Assembly: GCA_051382295.1 (NCBI GenBank)
Contig: JBBCAW010000078.1
Location: forward strand, 1 to 64,000
Direction: 5' to 3'
DNA: 64,000 nt
From: Bdellovibrionota bacterium FG-1
GTDB taxonomy: Bacteria > Bdellovibrionota > UBA1018
Shown: positions 10,482-22,269 of the stretch, piece by piece
Layout of the letters: every line of letters starts with the position of its first letter
How positions within the stretch are numbered: the first letter of the stretch is position 1
Translations under genes and position numbers: made by a program
Notes under the pieces: generated by a model
Told to the model about the DNA's origin: nothing
The model's input: the letters and a program-made list of their open reading frames with translations, nothing else
The model's database searches: none

Positions 10482-13400
10482 TTAGAGCAATCCGCTCTTC
10501 ATATTCTTATCTTCGGCCTCAATTAACTCCACATTCAATGCGAGTGACTGAAGTTCCTTAACAAGAACATTGAAGGATTCAGGCAAGCCAGGCTCGAGCA
10601 GATGCTCGCCCTTGACAATTGCCTCATACATTCGATTGCGACCCGTTACGTCGTCTGACTTAACGGTGAGGAATTCCTGAAGTCCGAAGGCAGCCCCATA
10701 GGCCTCAAGCGCCCAAACTTCCATTTCCCCAAGTCGCTGACCGCCAAACTGCGCTTTACCACCCAACGGCTGCTGAGTAACGAGCGAGTATGGACCGATC
10801 GAACGTGCGTGGATCTTTTCTTCGACAAGGTGATGCAACTTAAGCATGTACATAATGCCCACAGTCACTTCCTCAGCGAATGGCTCACCCGACACACCAT
10901 CATACAACGTGGTCTGACCACGAAGAGGAAGGTCGGCGTGTTTGAGCATGCTCTCAATATCCTTCTCACTCGCCCCGTCGAAAACCGGAGTAGCAAGATG
11001 AACACCGCGCTTCAGATGACCCGCCATCTTCTTCAATTCGTCGTCAGATGCCTTTTCGAGGAACTTGTCCACATCGGGATGACTGTACGTATCCTTGAGC
11101 GTCTTACGGAGCTTGTCTCCGTCAAAATCCTCAAGATAATGGGTGACCTTCTCGCCAATGCCGTGCGCTGCCCAGCCCAGAGTGACTTCAAGCAACTGCC
11201 CGATATTCATACGGGATGGAACGCCCAGCGGGTTCAGAACCATATCCACTGGAGTACCATTGGCCATAAACGGCATATCTTCCATAGGAAGAATTCGTGA
11301 GATAACACCCTTGTTACCGTGACGTCCTGCCATCTTATCGCCCACCTGAAGCTTACGCTTGATGGCGATCTGTACCTTGACCATCTTGATCACGCCCGGA
11401 GCGAGCTCATCACCCCTCTTGAGCTTGTCGGTCTTGTCCTTGAAGACGTACCGAACGGCATCGATCTTCTCTTTCGCCGTCTTCATGATCGTAGTCACTT
11501 CTTGTTCCAGATCTTCTTTGACCGGAATGAATCCGAGAAGATCAAACGGGATAGCGACCAAGGTTTCCTTATCGAGTTTTTGCCCCTTCTTGAGCAGCTC
11601 TTCCGAGCCGTCTTCTGAAAGCAATTTACCCGTGGTGGATGCACCATCCAAGGACTTGGAGATCTTATTGAAAGCCGATTGCCGAATGGCATCCGTCTCG
11701 ATTTTTTCGTCACGACGAATCTTAGAGATCTGCTCCTCCAAAATTTGCTTCGTACGTTCATCCGGCTCAGTGCCCTCGCGAGCGAAGACCTGAGCATTAA
11801 TCACGATCCCCTGCACCCCCGAAGGAACACGAAGGGACGTATCACGGACATCGCCGGCCTTTTCACCAAAGATAGCGCGCAACAACTTCTCTTCGGGAGA
11901 GAGCTGAGTCTCACCTTTAGGAGTCACCTTACCGACGAGAATATCACCCGGCTTGACTTCGGCACCAATGCGGATAATCCCACTTTGATCGAGGTCTTTG
12001 AGGGCTTCTTCGCCGACATTCGGAATGTCGCGTGTGATTTCTTCTTTGCCAAGCTTAGTATCGCGGGCAACACACTCAAATTCTTCGATGTGAATCGAAG
12101 TGAAGGTGTCTTCCTTGATCAGACGCTCAGAAATCAGAATCGAATCTTCGAAGTTGTAGCCGTTCCAAGGCATGAAGGCAATTAAGATGTTCTGACCCAA
12201 GGCCAGCTCGCCCGCATCAGTTCCTGGACCATCGGCCAAGACATCACCCGCTTTGACCTTGTCGCCGGCATTAACAACCGGACGCTGAGTCACGCAGGTG
12301 TTCTGGTTCGAACGCTGGTACTTAGTTAGATTGTAAATATCAACATCAGACGCCACTTCATCTGCTTTGTGGACATCACGACGAACAACAATCTTGGTAC
12401 CATCGACCATGATCACTTCGCCGTCTTCCTTGGACAGCAACACCTGACCGGAGTCACGAGCAACCACACGTTCGATCCCAGTGCCGATCAACGGCGCATG
12501 GGTACGAATCAGCGGCACCGCTTGGCGTTGCATGTTGGAACCCATCAAGGCACGATTGGCATCATCGTGTTCCAGAAACGGAATCAGCGATGCGGCAATC
12601 GAAACCAATTGATTAGGCGAAACATCCATGAGTTCAACTTCGTCAGGCTGAACGAGAGAAAAATCCCCCTTACGCCGAGCCGAAATTAACTCACCCTGCA
12701 GTTTATTACTCCGCAACGCATCGGGTGCGACTTGGGCGATAATCTTGTTCTCTTCCTCAGTTGCAGTAAAGAACTTGATTTCGTCGGAGACCATCTTCCC
12801 TTGAATCACGCGGTAAGGCGTTTCGATAAAACCGTACTCATTCACGCGAGCGTAAGTTGAAAGACTGGCGATCAAACCAATGTTCGGACCTTCAGGCGTT
12901 TCGATCGGACAAATACGACCATAGTGCGTATTATGAACGTCGCGAACCTCAAAGCCGGCACGCTCACGAGTCAAACCACCTGGTCCGAGGGCCGAAAGTC
13001 GCCGTTTATGCGTGACTTCGGACAACGGATTGGTCTGATCCATGAACTGAGACAACTGACTCGACCCGAAAAATTCCTTAACCACCGCTGAAACTGGCTT
13101 CTGATTAATCAAATCGTGGGGCATCAGGGTTTCGATTTCCTGAATGCTCATCCGTTCCTTGATTGCCCGCTCCATGCGCACCAAACCAATGCGATATTGA
13201 TTTTCGATCAACTCACCCACAGCGCGAACACGACGATTACCGAGATGATCGATATCATCGATCGTGCCACGACCATTGTTGAGTTCACAGAGATAGAACA
13301 GCGTGGATAAAATATCCGCCTTAGTAAGAGTGGTCGTATCCGAAGGAACATTGTTTTCCGGAAACTTATAATTCAACTTTAACCGACCGACGCGAGATAA

Positions 13401-14615
13401 ATCGTAGCGATCCGTATTAAAGAACAAATTATCAAAAAGCTGCTTGGCAGCTTCAATCGTCGGAGGATCACCTGGACGCATGCGCTTATAGATTTCAATC
13501 AGCGCCTCTTCAGGGCTGGAAACCTTATCCAACGTCAAGGTATCGCGAATAAAGGCGCCATAGGTTAAATTGTCAGTGAAGATGACCTTCACTTCTTTGA
13601 CACCCTTAGCCTTCAACTCCTCAATCTTAACTTCGCTCAACTCCTGATTACACTCGAGAAGAACTTCACCTGTCTTCTCATCGACAATATCTTCAGAAGC
13701 CACTCGCCCAAATACAGCCTCGGTCGGCACTTCAAGACGCTTAATGCCAGCATCCTGAATGCGCTTAATCACTGCCTTGGTGAATTTGCGATTCTTTTTG
13801 ACGATCGCTTCACCCGTTTTTGGATCTGAGATGTCATCTTCGGCGCGCTGACCTGACAAAATATCAAGATCTACCGCTTTATAGAACTTACCGTCCTTAT
13901 CGAAAATGACCTTCTCCATGCGATAGAAGAAGTTCAAAACCTCAAAATTGGACATCCCCATGGCGCGCAAAATAATCGTCGCCGGAAGCTTTCGCTTCCG
14001 ATCGATACGAGCATAAAGAACGTCTTTATGATCGAACTCGAAATCGAGCCAAGAACCGCGATGCGGAATGACACGGGCCGAATACAAGATCTTACCGCTC
14101 GAATGACTCTTTCCAGAATCATGATCGAAAATAACACCGGGTGAGCGGTGCAATTGACTGACGATCACGCGCTCGGTTCCATTAATGATAAAAGAACCGG
14201 CTTCGGTCATGAGCGGAATTTCGCCCATGTAAACTTCCTGCTCTTTGATATCACGAATATTACGAGTACCAGCCTCCTCATCTACATCATAGACAACAAG
14301 GCGAACAGTAATCTTCAGAGGAGCCGCAAACGTCATTCCACGTTGACGGCATTCGCCAACATCATACTTTGGTTTTTCGAGAGAGTAGCTCTCAAATTCC
14401 AAAGATGCTGTGCGATTGAAGTCTTCAATCGGAAAAACCGATTTAAAGACAGCTTGAAGACCCATACTCTCGCGCTTTTGCGGCGAAACATCCGCCTGGA
14501 GAAATTTCTCGTAAGACTTGCGCTGAAGCTCAATCAGATTCGGAATCTCGACCGGGGAGGTGATTTTTGAGAAATCCTTCCGGATTCGGCGATTTTCCGA
14601 AAAAAGGGAGGCCAT
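10482..14615 (-). CDS. rpoB: RNA polymerase beta subunit
   Basis: [33 protein letters not shown] and GGQRLGEME motifs. Confidence 0.99.
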   Translation of the reverse strand: MASLFSENRRIRKDFSKITSPVEIPNLIELQRKSYEKFLQADVSPQKRESMGLQAVFKSVFPIEDFNRTASLEFESYSLEKPKYDVGECRQRGMTFAAPLKITVRLVVYDVDEEAGTRNIRDIKEQEVYMGEIPLMTEAGSFIINGTERVIVSQLHRSPGVIFDHDSGKSHSSGKILYSARVIPHRGSWLDFEFDHKDVLYARIDRKRKLPATIILRAMGMSNFEVLNFFYRMEKVIFDKDGKFYKAVDLDILSGQRAEDDISDPKTGEAIVKKNRKFTKAVIKRIQDAGIKRLEVPTEAVFGRVASEDIVDEKTGEVLLECNQELSEVKIEELKAKGVKEVKVIFTDNLTYGAFIRDTLTLDKVSSPEEALIEIYKRMRPGDPPTIEAAKQLFDNLFFNTDRYDLSRVGRLKLNYKFPENNVPSDTTTLTKADILSTLFYLCELNNGRGTIDDIDHLGNRRVRAVGELIENQYRIGLVRMERAIKERMSIQEIETLMPHDLINQKPVSAVVKEFFGSSQLSQFMDQTNPLSEVTHKRRLSALGPGGLTRERAGFEVRDVHNTHYGRICPIETPEGPNIGLIASLSTYARVNEYGFIETPYRVIQGKMVSDEIKFFTATEEENKIIAQVAPDALRSNKLQGELISARRKGDFSLVQPDEVELMDVSPNQLVSIAASLIPFLEHDDANRALMGSNMQRQAVPLIRTHAPLIGTGIERVVARDSGQVLLSKEDGEVIMVDGTKIVVRRDVHKADEVASDVDIYNLTKYQRSNQNTCVTQRPVVNAGDKVKAGDVLADGPGTDAGELALGQNILIAFMPWNGYNFEDSILISERLIKEDTFTSIHIEEFECVARDTKLGKEEITRDIPNVGEEALKDLDQSGIIRIGAEVKPGDILVGKVTPKGETQLSPEEKLLRAIFGEKAGDVRDTSLRVPSGVQGIVINAQVFAREGTEPDERTKQILEEQISKIRRDEKIETDAIRQSAFNKISKSLDGASTTGKLLSEDGSEELLKKGQKLDKETLVAIPFDLLGFIPVKEDLEQEVTTIMKTAKEKIDAVRYVFKDKTDKLKRGDELAPGVIKMVKVQIAIKRKLQVGDKMAGRHGNKGVISRILPMEDMPFMANGTPVDMVLNPLGVPSRMNIGQLLEVTLGWAAHGIGEKVTHYLEDFDGDKLRKTLKDTYSHPDVDKFLEKASDDELKKMAGHLKRGVHLATPVFDGASEKDIESMLKHADLPLRGQTTLYDGVSGEPFAEEVTVGIMYMLKLHHLVEEKIHARSIGPYSLVTQQPLGGKAQFGGQRLGEMEVWALEAYGAAFGLQEFLTVKSDDVTGRNRMYEAIVKGEHLLEPGLPESFNVLVKELQSLALNVELIEAEDKNMKSGLL

Positions 14616-14784
14616 GCGTGCTCCTTAAGGAGAGATATCCTAGAAATTAATAACTTTTTAATGACAACGTGGGCATGCCCGCGACCGCACCCTACCTACC
14701 CATATTTTCTACAGGAAGGCAAGGGCGCAGCGCAGGATTTTCAAGTCACGGGCAACTAAATAAAATAAAGCAAATATGTCAAGA

Positions 14785-15168
14785 TTACTTGATCTCAACC
14801 TTGGCACCTTCAGCTTCGAGCTTCTTCTTAATTTCTTCAGCTTCAGCCTTAGCAATGCCTTCTTTAACGGCCTTAGGAGCGCCTTCAACGAGATCCTTGG
14901 CTTCTTTCAAGCCAAGACCGGTGATCGCGCGGACTTCCTTAATCACGTTGATCTTCTTTTCGCCAGCGGCAGCAAGAACAACCGTGAATTCGGTCTGAAC
15001 TTCAGCAGCAGGACCAGCGGCAGCGGCCGAACTACCACCCATCATTACAGGAGCAGCGGCCGAAACGCCAAACTTGGTTTCCAGGTCCTTAACGAGCTGC
15101 GAAAGCTCGAGAACGGACATGTTTTCAATGAAGGAAACAACTTGTTCTTTAGTGACTGCGGTCGACAT
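14785..15168 (-). CDS. rplL: 50S ribosomal protein L7/L12
   Basis: [27 protein letters not shown]. Confidence 0.98.
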   Translation of the reverse strand: MSTAVTKEQVVSFIENMSVLELSQLVKDLETKFGVSAAAPVMMGGSSAAAAGPAAEVQTEFTVVLAAAGEKKINVIKEVRAITGLGLKEAKDLVEGAPKAVKEGIAKAEAEEIKKKLEAEGAKVEIK

Positions 15169-15288
15169 GAATTACCTCTACTTTTACTTCTTAATTCCTG
15201 CTGCCGTCATGACACCAGGCTTTGTTTTAGAATCTGTTTCCGACAGCTTTCCTGACTGTCAGTTAAGCTCGATACCCAGTCGCGCGCA

Positions 15289-15828
15289 TCACGCTTGGGG
15301 ACTCGCCTTCTTCTTTTCAATGGCCGAAAGTACCGTGACCAGACTACGCGGCACTGCGGCCAAGACACCAACGAAATTCCGAATGGGGCCATTCATCGCA
15401 CTCAACAACATCCCCAACAGAACTTCCTTGCCCGGAAGCTTCGCGAGTTCTTCGACGCCAGACACGCCTACCCGCTTCGTCCCCATGAGGCTCTCCTTGA
15501 GCTTAAAGGCCTCATTATCCTGGGCAAACTTATGCATAATTTTTGCGGCAGCGGCAGGATCGCCGTAGGCAAAAGTAACGAGCGTCGGTCCGACGACGCC
15601 GTCCATCAAATTTTTAGCTTCTTCACCCATCGAGCCATCTTTAGTCAAAAGACGAGCGACGTTGTTTTTCAGCACCTTAACTTCAGCATGAGTTCCGCGC
15701 AACTGCCGACGAAGATCGTCCGCCTGAGTAGCGGTGATCCCCTTATAGTCAGCAAAGATCGCAACCTTGGCCTTATTGAACTTTTCCTTAAGCACTGAAG
15801 CGAGTTCAGTTTTTTCTGTACGATTCAT
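15289..15828 (-). CDS. rplJ: 50S ribosomal protein L10
   Basis: ADYKGIT, LRRQLR, VLKNNVAR and LAKLPGKEVLL motifs; conserved position. Confidence 0.97.
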   Translation of the reverse strand: MNRTEKTELASVLKEKFNKAKVAIFADYKGITATQADDLRRQLRGTHAEVKVLKNNVARLLTKDGSMGEEAKNLMDGVVGPTLVTFAYGDPAAAAKIMHKFAQDNEAFKLKESLMGTKRVGVSGVEELAKLPGKEVLLGMLLSAMNGPIRNFVGVLAAVPRSLVTVLSAIEKKKASPQA

Positions 15829-15873
15829 GGCTATAACCTCTAAAATCTTTGGGTTTCCTAAAATCAGGGATGA

Positions 15874-16611
15874 TTAGACGCCCGTTGCACCCGACGTCGC
15901 ATCGACAGGATCGAGCGAAATTCCAGGACTCATAGTCGCAGACAATGTGACCGACCTCATATAGGTGCCCTTGCTGGTAGGCGGCTTGGCCTTCATCAGA
16001 GTGCTCACCAAAGTATTGAAATTTTCTCTTAACTTTTGGGCGCCAAAAGACTTCTTACCAAGAACGACATGCACGATCCCGGCTTTTTCGGTGCGATACT
16101 CCACCTTACCCAACTTTTGCTCTTTGACGGCCTTAGCCACATCAAAAGTCACCGTGCCCAACTTTGGATTCGGCATCAAACCACGGGGGCCAAGGATCTT
16201 ACCCACCTTAGAAACTGCCACCATCATATCCGGGGTAGCAATCATCTTATCGAACTCAAGCCAACCACCCTGAATTTTTTCGATCAAGTCATCGGAGCCC
16301 ACCACGTCCGCTCCAGCAACCTCAGCCTCTTTAGCTTTATCGCCCTTAGCCAAAACCGCAATACGAGCGACCTTACCTGTGCCGTGAGGCAACACTACCG
16401 CTCCACGAACCATCTGGTCCGAATGCTTTGGATCCACACCCAAGCCAAAGGCCACATCAACGGTCTCGTCGAACTTAGCGAAGGCTACCTGCGGAAGCAG
16501 ATCAAATGCTTCTGACACAGAATAAATCTTGGTCGCTTCGAATTTTTCAAGAGCGGCAAAATATTTCTTACCGTGTTTACCCATTCTTTTCACTTTAACT
16601 ACTTCTGCCAT
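15874..16611 (-). CDS. rplA: 50S ribosomal protein L1
   Basis: [15 protein letters not shown] and [16 protein letters not shown]. Start at 16611 (GAGG RBS) or 16584. Confidence 0.98.
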   Translation of the reverse strand: MAEVVKVKRMGKHGKKYFAALEKFEATKIYSVSEAFDLLPQVAFAKFDETVDVAFGLGVDPKHSDQMVRGAVVLPHGTGKVARIAVLAKGDKAKEAEVAGADVVGSDDLIEKIQGGWLEFDKMIATPDMMVAVSKVGKILGPRGLMPNPKLGTVTFDVAKAVKEQKLGKVEYRTEKAGIVHVVLGKKSFGAQKLRENFNTLVSTLMKAKPPTSKGTYMRSVTLSATMSPGISLDPVDATSGATGV

Positions 16612-16623
16612 AATCATTCCTCG

Positions 16624-16657
16624 GTGGTTCAAACGCCAAAACAAGTCTGGCTCCCAC
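16624..16657 (-). promoter_or_regulatory. Putative L1 autoregulatory RNA site between rplK and rplA
   Basis: GTGGGAGCC...GGCGTTTGAACCAC matches the GUGGGAG...ACCAC L1-binding hairpin consensus and abuts the rplA RBS. Confidence 0.65.
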
Positions 16658-16690
16658 TTTTTAAGACTGACCCCTACGGGGCCCTAGAAA

Positions 16691-17116
16691 TCAATCAACA
16701 ACCGTAATCCCAGCACTACGAGCAGTACCGGAAACCGTACGCATTGCAGCCTCAACACTGCCCGCGTTCAAATCAGGCAACTTGATTTTAGCAATTTCTT
16801 CCACTTGCTTTTTTGTGACCTTGCCCACTTTAGTTTTATTAGGCTGGCCTGATCCCTTTTCAATCTGCGCTGCTTTAAACAGAAGAATAGATGCAGGAGG
16901 GGTCTTCGTAATAAACGTAAAAGAACGATCCGAATAGACGGTGATAATCACCGGAATGATCGTACCCTTTTGGTCCTGCGTCTTGGCGTTAAAAGCCTTG
17001 CAGAACTCCATGATATTGACACCACGTTGACCGAGCGCCGGCCCCACAGGAGGAGCAGGATTCGCCTGTCCACCAGGGATTTGAAGCTTGATCTGACCAG
17101 TTACCTTCTTTGCCAT
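16691..17116 (-). CDS. rplK: 50S ribosomal protein L11
   Basis: [29 protein letters not shown]. Confidence 0.99.
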   Translation of the reverse strand: MAKKVTGQIKLQIPGGQANPAPPVGPALGQRGVNIMEFCKAFNAKTQDQKGTIIPVIITVYSDRSFTFITKTPPASILLFKAAQIEKGSGQPNKTKVGKVTKKQVEEIAKIKLPDLNAGSVEAAMRTVSGTARSAGITVVD

Positions 17117-17190
17117 AAATACTCTTTCCTAAAATACGCTTTCCTAAACGGCGATTGGAATATGGAATCGCGACCTATTAGCACATATGC

Positions 17191-17748
17191 CTAAATCTTT
17201 TCAACCTGAATAAAATCTAATTCCACCGGAGTGGACCGGCCAAAAATACTCACAAGCACTTTGACCTTACCTTTATCGGGATTAACGTCTTCAACCACTC
17301 CATTAAAGTTCGAAAAAGGCCCATCAATGACGCGGACACTCTCCCCCTCTTGGAAGGAAATCCGGGGGCGGGGCTTAACCTGACCCTCCGCAATCCGATT
17401 GGTCATTTTCTGAACATCACTCTCAGGCACCGGCATCGGACGAATCTTATCTCCCACAAAACCGGTGATTTTTGGAGTGTTCTTGACAATATGCCAAGTC
17501 TCCTCGGTCAAATTCATTTTCACGAGAATATAACCTGGAAAGAAACGGCGTTTGGTCGTTTTCTTTTGGCCCTTAACTAGTTCAACCACATTTTCTTCAG
17601 GTACAATGATTTCGCCGAAAAAAGCTTCTTTCTTCGAGGCCTTAATACGTTCCTCGAGACCTAGTTTTGCCTTATTCTCAAAACCTGAATACGTGTGAAT
17701 CACATACCAGGACATTTCATGAGCAGGTTGCATCAATAGCTCAGTCAC
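17191..17748 (-). CDS. nusG: Transcription termination/antitermination factor NusG
   Basis: WYVIHTYSGFE, FFPGYILV and a KOW motif. Start uncertain (GTG 17748, ATG 17733 or ATG 17715). Confidence 0.97.
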   Translation of the reverse strand: MTELLMQPAHEMSWYVIHTYSGFENKAKLGLEERIKASKKEAFFGEIIVPEENVVELVKGQKKTTKRRFFPGYILVKMNLTEETWHIVKNTPKITGFVGDKIRPMPVPESDVQKMTNRIAEGQVKPRPRISFQEGESVRVIDGPFSNFNGVVEDVNPDKGKVKVLVSIFGRSTPVELDFIQVEKI

Positions 17749-17759
17749 CCAAGACCCCC

Positions 17760-18134
17760 TTAAACGACCATCTTTAAAAGCGCAGTCCAAATATAATCCA
17801 AGAATCCCAAAAACATTCCGGAAAGAACCACCATAATGATGACCACAAACGTGGCACTGGTTGTTTCCTTTTGCGTGGGCCAGGTCACACGAGCAAGCTC
17901 GGTCATAACTTCATTCATAAATTGATTGGCGCGCTGATGGCGATACATTGCCATAAACAAAATCAAACCAGCCAAGACCGATAGCCCCCGAACAACGAGA
18001 TCAAAATTGCGAATGCGCGCTTCGAGGTCAAAAGCTCCACCGAGATGCAGGCCCGCCGAAAAAACGACGTACCCCACCAGAACGGCAAGAGCCAGATAAC
18101 TCGTATTTACCCACTTTTGATATTGAGATTCCAT
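17760..18134 (-). CDS. secE: Preprotein translocase subunit SecE (3-TM form)
   Basis: ELARVTWPTQKET motif; lies between tRNA-Trp and nusG. Confidence 0.93.
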   Translation of the reverse strand: MESQYQKWVNTSYLALAVLVGYVVFSAGLHLGGAFDLEARIRNFDLVVRGLSVLAGLILFMAMYRHQRANQFMNEVMTELARVTWPTQKETTSATFVVIIMVVLSGMFLGFLDYIWTALLKMVV

Positions 18135-18159
18135 AGTCTTCAGCCTTCGATCCGTAAAA

Positions 18160-18235
18160 TGGCAGGGCAGGAGGGATTCGAACCCACAACCCACGGATTT
18201 GGAATCCGTTGCTCTACCGTTGGAGCTACTGCCCT
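18160..18235 (-). tRNA. tRNA-Trp(CCA)
   Basis: Cloverleaf with ACGGA-TTCCAAA-TCCGT anticodon arm. Confidence 0.97.
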
Positions 18236-18241
18236 ACTAGA

Positions 18242-18391
18242 TTACTTACCTTCGCGATGAGAGGTATGCTTACGACAGAATTTGCAGAATTTTTTGAATT
18301 CAAGCTTATCCGTAGTTTTCTGTTTATTCTTGGTCGTAGAATAATTTTTTCGCTTGCACCCAGTACAGTCCAAACTAACGATTACGCGCAT
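18242..18391 (-). CDS. rpmG: 50S ribosomal protein L33, zinc-binding type (not in the ORF track)
   Basis: Manual translation [49 protein letters not shown], with two CxxC motifs. Confidence 0.97.
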   Translation of the reverse strand: MRVIVSLDCTGCKRKNYSTTKNKQKTTDKLEFKKFCKFCRKHTSHREGK

Positions 18392-18444
18392 AACTACTTC
18401 CTAACAAAAAGCACACCGAAACGTGCTTGAATTGAATTCCAAAC

Positions 18445-18467
18445 GGGGGAGGGTCAGCCCTCCCCCC
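18445..18467 (-). terminator. GC-rich hairpin downstream of tuf
   Basis: GGGGGAGGG...CCCTCCCCC stem followed by GTTT on the minus strand. Confidence 0.55.
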
Positions 18468-18487
18468 TCGGAACCTATGATCACTAA

Positions 18488-19678
18488 TTATTCGATAATT
18501 TCAGCAACGACACCTGCACCAACAGTGCGGCCGCCTTCGCGAATAGCAAAACGAAGCTCCTTTTCCATGGCGATTGGAGTAATCAATTCAACTTCCATCT
18601 GGATGTTGTCGCCAGGCATAACCATTTCCACGTTCGGAGGAAGAGTCACAACGCCGGTAACATCAGTCGTACGGAAGTAGAACTGAGGACGATAACCCTT
18701 GAAGAACGGAGTATGACGACCGCCTTCTTCCTTGGTGAGAATGTAAGCAGAGCCCTTGAATTTTTTGTGAGGAGTCACAGTGCCGGTATGAGCCAGCACC
18801 TGACCACGCTCAACTTCTTCCTTCTTGGTACCACGAAGGAGGGCGCCGATATTATCGCCAGCCTCACCCTGATCCAGAAGTTTGCGGAACATTTCAACAC
18901 CCGTTACAACGGACTTGATGGTTGGGCGCAAACCGATGATTTCAACTTCTTCACCGACCTTGATCACACCGCGCTCAACACGACCGGTGACCACAGTACC
19001 ACGACCAGAGATCGAGAATACGTCTTCAACAGGCATGAGGAACGGCTTATCTTTTTCACGTTTCGGTTGAGGAATGTAAGTGTCACAGGCCTCCATGAGC
19101 TTTAGAATGGCTGGCTCGCCCATTTCGCCCTGATCACCTTCGAGAGCCTTAGTGGCCGAACCCTTGATGATCGGAATCGAGTCACCAGGAAACTTATACG
19201 AGGTGAGCAACTCACGAACTTCCATTTCAACAAGCTCTAAAAGTTCCGCGTCGTCGACCATGTCACATTTATTCATGAATACGACAACCGCTGGAACACC
19301 CACTTGGCGTGCCAAGAGGATATGTTCGCGAGTCTGAGGCATCGGACCGTCAGCAGCCGAGACCACGAGAATAGCACCGTCCATTTGGGCAGCGCCGGTG
19401 ATCATGTTTTTCACATAGTCGGCGTGTCCTGGGCAGTCCACATGAGCATAGTGCCGATTGGCAGTCTGATACTCAACATGGGTGGTGTTAATCGTAATAC
19501 CGCGCGCTTTTTCTTCGGGCGCGTTATCGATTTGGTCATAAGCACGAGCCTGAGCCCAACCTTTCTTGGCGAGCGTCGTGGTGATGGCAGCGGTCAACGT
19601 CGTCTTACCATGGTCGACGTGACCAATGGTGCCGATGTTCACATGTGGTTTACTTCTATCAAATTTCTCTTTCGACAT
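18488..19678 (-). CDS. tuf: Elongation factor Tu
   Basis: [17 protein letters not shown] and NKCD motifs. Confidence 0.99.
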   Translation of the reverse strand: MSKEKFDRSKPHVNIGTIGHVDHGKTTLTAAITTTLAKKGWAQARAYDQIDNAPEEKARGITINTTHVEYQTANRHYAHVDCPGHADYVKNMITGAAQMDGAILVVSAADGPMPQTREHILLARQVGVPAVVVFMNKCDMVDDAELLELVEMEVRELLTSYKFPGDSIPIIKGSATKALEGDQGEMGEPAILKLMEACDTYIPQPKREKDKPFLMPVEDVFSISGRGTVVTGRVERGVIKVGEEVEIIGLRPTIKSVVTGVEMFRKLLDQGEAGDNIGALLRGTKKEEVERGQVLAHTGTVTPHKKFKGSAYILTKEEGGRHTPFFKGYRPQFYFRTTDVTGVVTLPPNVEMVMPGDNIQMEVELITPIAMEKELRFAIREGGRTVGAGVVAEIIE

Positions 19679-19815
19679 ACCTAAACTAGGCCTCCGAGTG
19701 TTTGGTGAGGTTTGTTTTTTGCCTAGAGCAGCGCTCGCTTAGCCACCGGAACCTACAACCGGCTTTTTTCGGCACAGGCCAGATAAACCCTACATTTATC
19801 CGGCTTGCAGAAAAC

Positions 19816-19890
<75 letters not shown>

Positions 19891-19934
19891 GAACCTAAAA
19901 TTTTTCGATCCAGAAGAAGTGTCACAGCTTGTTA

Positions 19935-20011
19935 TGGAGCGGGAAAAGGGACTCGAACCCTCAACCCTCGGCTTGGAAAGCCGATGCTCTAGCCAATTGA
20001 GCTATTCCCGC
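19935..20011 (-). tRNA. tRNA-Gly(TCC)
   Basis: GCGGGAA acceptor stem, TCGGC-TTTCCAA-GCCGA anticodon arm. Confidence 0.97.
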
Positions 20012-20122
20012 CCAAACCAAACTCCGCGCAATCTTCACACTTCTGCCAGATTATGACCCCTTTACCCTCAATAATTTGAAAAGTCTAAGAAGAATTCATT
20101 CTTTATTTAGACAAAGCAGCAA

Positions 20123-20208
20123 TGGTGGAGAGAGAAGGATTCGAACCTTCGAAGGCATACGCCGCCAGATTTACAGTCTGGTCCCTTTGGCCACTTGGGT
20201 ATCTCTCC
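20123..20208 (-). tRNA. tRNA-Tyr(GTA)
   Basis: CCAGA-CTGTAAA-TCTGG anticodon arm, long variable arm, CCA. Confidence 0.97.
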
Positions 20209-20335
20209 GATTTTATTACTACTTTTACCGATCTATCCCCTGAGCGAGCAAGTACTTACCAGGGAAAAACCAATGAATCCGTTGGCACTTACTGCCAGAA
20301 CTTCACAAGAAGTGCGAGCCTCTTTTTTGAAAAAA

Positions 20336-20411
20336 TGGAGCTGGAGAGGGGACTCGAACCCATGACCTGCGGTTTACAAAACCGCTGCTCTACCAACTGA
20401 GCTACTCCAGC
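20336..20411 (-). tRNA. tRNA-Thr(TGT)
   Basis: GCGGT-TTTGTAA-ACCGC anticodon arm, CCA. Confidence 0.97.
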
Positions 20412-20540
20412 CCATAATCACTCAGTCGCTCGCACCGACGTAGGTTTAGAAAAATTCCATCGTTTCAGCAAAAAGTCAATACCGAAATACAAGCGACTTA
20501 TACTTGACAGAGGAGGAGACAAGGTGGAAATTGCGGGCCT

Positions 20541-21179
20541 ATGAAAAAAACCATCCTTTTGATTTTATTGGCAGTTAGCTGTGCGATTGCTTCTGGATCA
20601 GCTCAAGCTCGAACCAAAAAATCTGCAGCTACAAAGACCCCTCACCCGGCCCCCACCGAAGAAACCGTGACCAGCCAAATGTCGGCACCTGAACATACCG
20701 ATAGCGCCATGACTTTCGGCGCAGGTGTGAGCACGAATTCAGCAATCCCCAATGGAGGTGCCAGCCTGACCGGCATCATCAACCTGACGTCTCACGACTT
20801 GATTCAGGTTTTGTTGAGCGTTCCTGGCACAGTCGGCGCTTTTCAGTTCGGAATTGCCGGAATGCTCAAACACACCGTATTTGGAAATCAAACCACAGGC
20901 TTCCATGTCGGTGGCGGTTTAGGCTTAGGAACCACGGGTGATTTCGCCATGGCGGTCTCTGGCGTCGTGGGAGTTCACTTTGAGATCCCCAACACCAATA
21001 TCTCTCTGCATTTTGACGGTGGCCCGAAACTGGGAATCTATAAGACCTCCATCCCAGCAGCAGCCGCTGCGGCTGCGGCCGCCGCCGCCGCAGGCCTCTC
21101 CACTAGCTCAACTGAGACGGATTTTTCGTTGGCACCTTTTTCAGGAGTCCTTGGAGCCAGCGCCATCTATATGTTCTAA
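20541..21179 (+). CDS. Putative small outer-membrane beta-barrel protein with a poly-Ala loop
   Basis: Signal peptide, Gly-rich alternating strands, C-terminal YxF. Confidence 0.7.
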   Translation: MKKTILLILLAVSCAIASGSAQARTKKSAATKTPHPAPTEETVTSQMSAPEHTDSAMTFGAGVSTNSAIPNGGASLTGIINLTSHDLIQVLLSVPGTVGAFQFGIAGMLKHTVFGNQTTGFHVGGGLGLGTTGDFAMAVSGVVGVHFEIPNTNISLHFDGGPKLGIYKTSIPAAAAAAAAAAAAGLSTSSTETDFSLAPFSGVLGASAIYMF

Positions 21180-21291
21180 GTCTGCTCTGATTTCATTCTA
21201 CCTATTATTCATGAGGGCATTTCTTGGACTGAACTTCAACCAAGAGATGCCCTTTTCATTTTCTCTAGAGTCGGTTTAATATAGAGAGAGA

Positions 21292-22269
21292 TTGAAACAC
21301 TTAGAACGCCGCAAACCCGTACTCATCGTCCAACATGCACCCCATGAGCACCCCGCTGCCCTCAGACGCGCCCTAGAAAGCCAGGGGATCCAAACCCTGT
21401 GGATTCATCCCTACCAGGGCGAAGCCTATCCGGAACGAAAAGAAATTGCGGGAATCATTTCGCTCGGCGGTCCGATGGGAGCCAACGACGAGCACCACCA
21501 TCCTTGGATTGACACTGAAATAACACTCATGCGCGAGTGCACAAGAGCCAGCATGCCGGTCGTCGGCATCTGTCTGGGTGGCCAGATGCTCGCCCGCGCA
21601 TTAGGGGGCGCCGTTGAACAAAACCACATTCATGAGGTTGGGTGGTTTCCGATTGAGGTAACCTCTGATGGTCGCAAAGACCCAATTATTGGAGCGGCGG
21701 GAATCCGACCTACGGTCTACCACTGGCACGGAGACACCTTTCACCTCCCCCCCAACGCCGTCCTCTTGGCGAGTTCGCGCGCCTGCCCCAGACAAGCCTT
21801 TCGGATCGGCGATCATGCGTATGGTTTTCAGTTTCACCCCGAGGCCGATCACCAGCTCGTCAATGAGTGGATGGATCTCGAAGGCGTCGAGGAAGAGATC
21901 CTCGCGGTTCAAAAGGATCACGGAGTCCGAACTGTTCAAGATTCGCAGACTCAACGAAAAAAAGCCCTCAAATATGAACGAGCCAGCCTGAAAATCACCA
22001 CCGGTATTGGAGCTCTATTTCGAAAAAGAGGATGTCGTCAGCACCAAACCACTACTCCAAATGCACAATTTTCCAAATGGGTGACCCTGCAAACGCGGCT
22101 ACAAATTGAGTTTGAAGGCCCCGATCGCAAATCGGTCCGCATGGAAGGCCGAATCGTCACTTTGCTTTCTATGCCAGCTGGAGACTTTGTGATCTTCAAG
22201 GATCAAAACAGACTTTTGTGGCCCATCCGTCAAACGGATTTAACCCAAGTCACTGCCCTCGTCGATTAG
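21292..22269 (+). CDS. Class I glutamine amidotransferase (GMP-synthase-like) with an extra C-terminal domain
   Basis: LGGPMG, GICLGGQ, HWHGD and QFHPE motifs. Confidence 0.88.
   Translation: MKHLERRKPVLIVQHAPHEHPAALRRALESQGIQTLWIHPYQGEAYPERKEIAGIISLGGPMGANDEHHHPWIDTEITLMRECTRASMPVVGICLGGQMLARALGGAVEQNHIHEVGWFPIEVTSDGRKDPIIGAAGIRPTVYHWHGDTFHLPPNAVLLASSRACPRQAFRIGDHAYGFQFHPEADHQLVNEWMDLEGVEEEILAVQKDHGVRTVQDSQTQRKKALKYERASLKITTGIGALFRKRGCRQHQTTTPNAQFSKWVTLQTRLQIEFEGPDRKSVRMEGRIVTLLSMPAGDFVIFKDQNRLLWPIRQTDLTQVTALVD

Noticed and set aside
6217..14615. Inteins, a rpoB-rpoC fusion, or antisense genes within rpoBC
   Set aside because: Both subunits have normal length and separate stops. The long + strand ORFs are shadows of codon bias.
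20122..20400. 92-aa ORF MVEREGFEPS...
   Set aside because: It is the antisense translation of tRNA-Tyr and tRNA-Thr.
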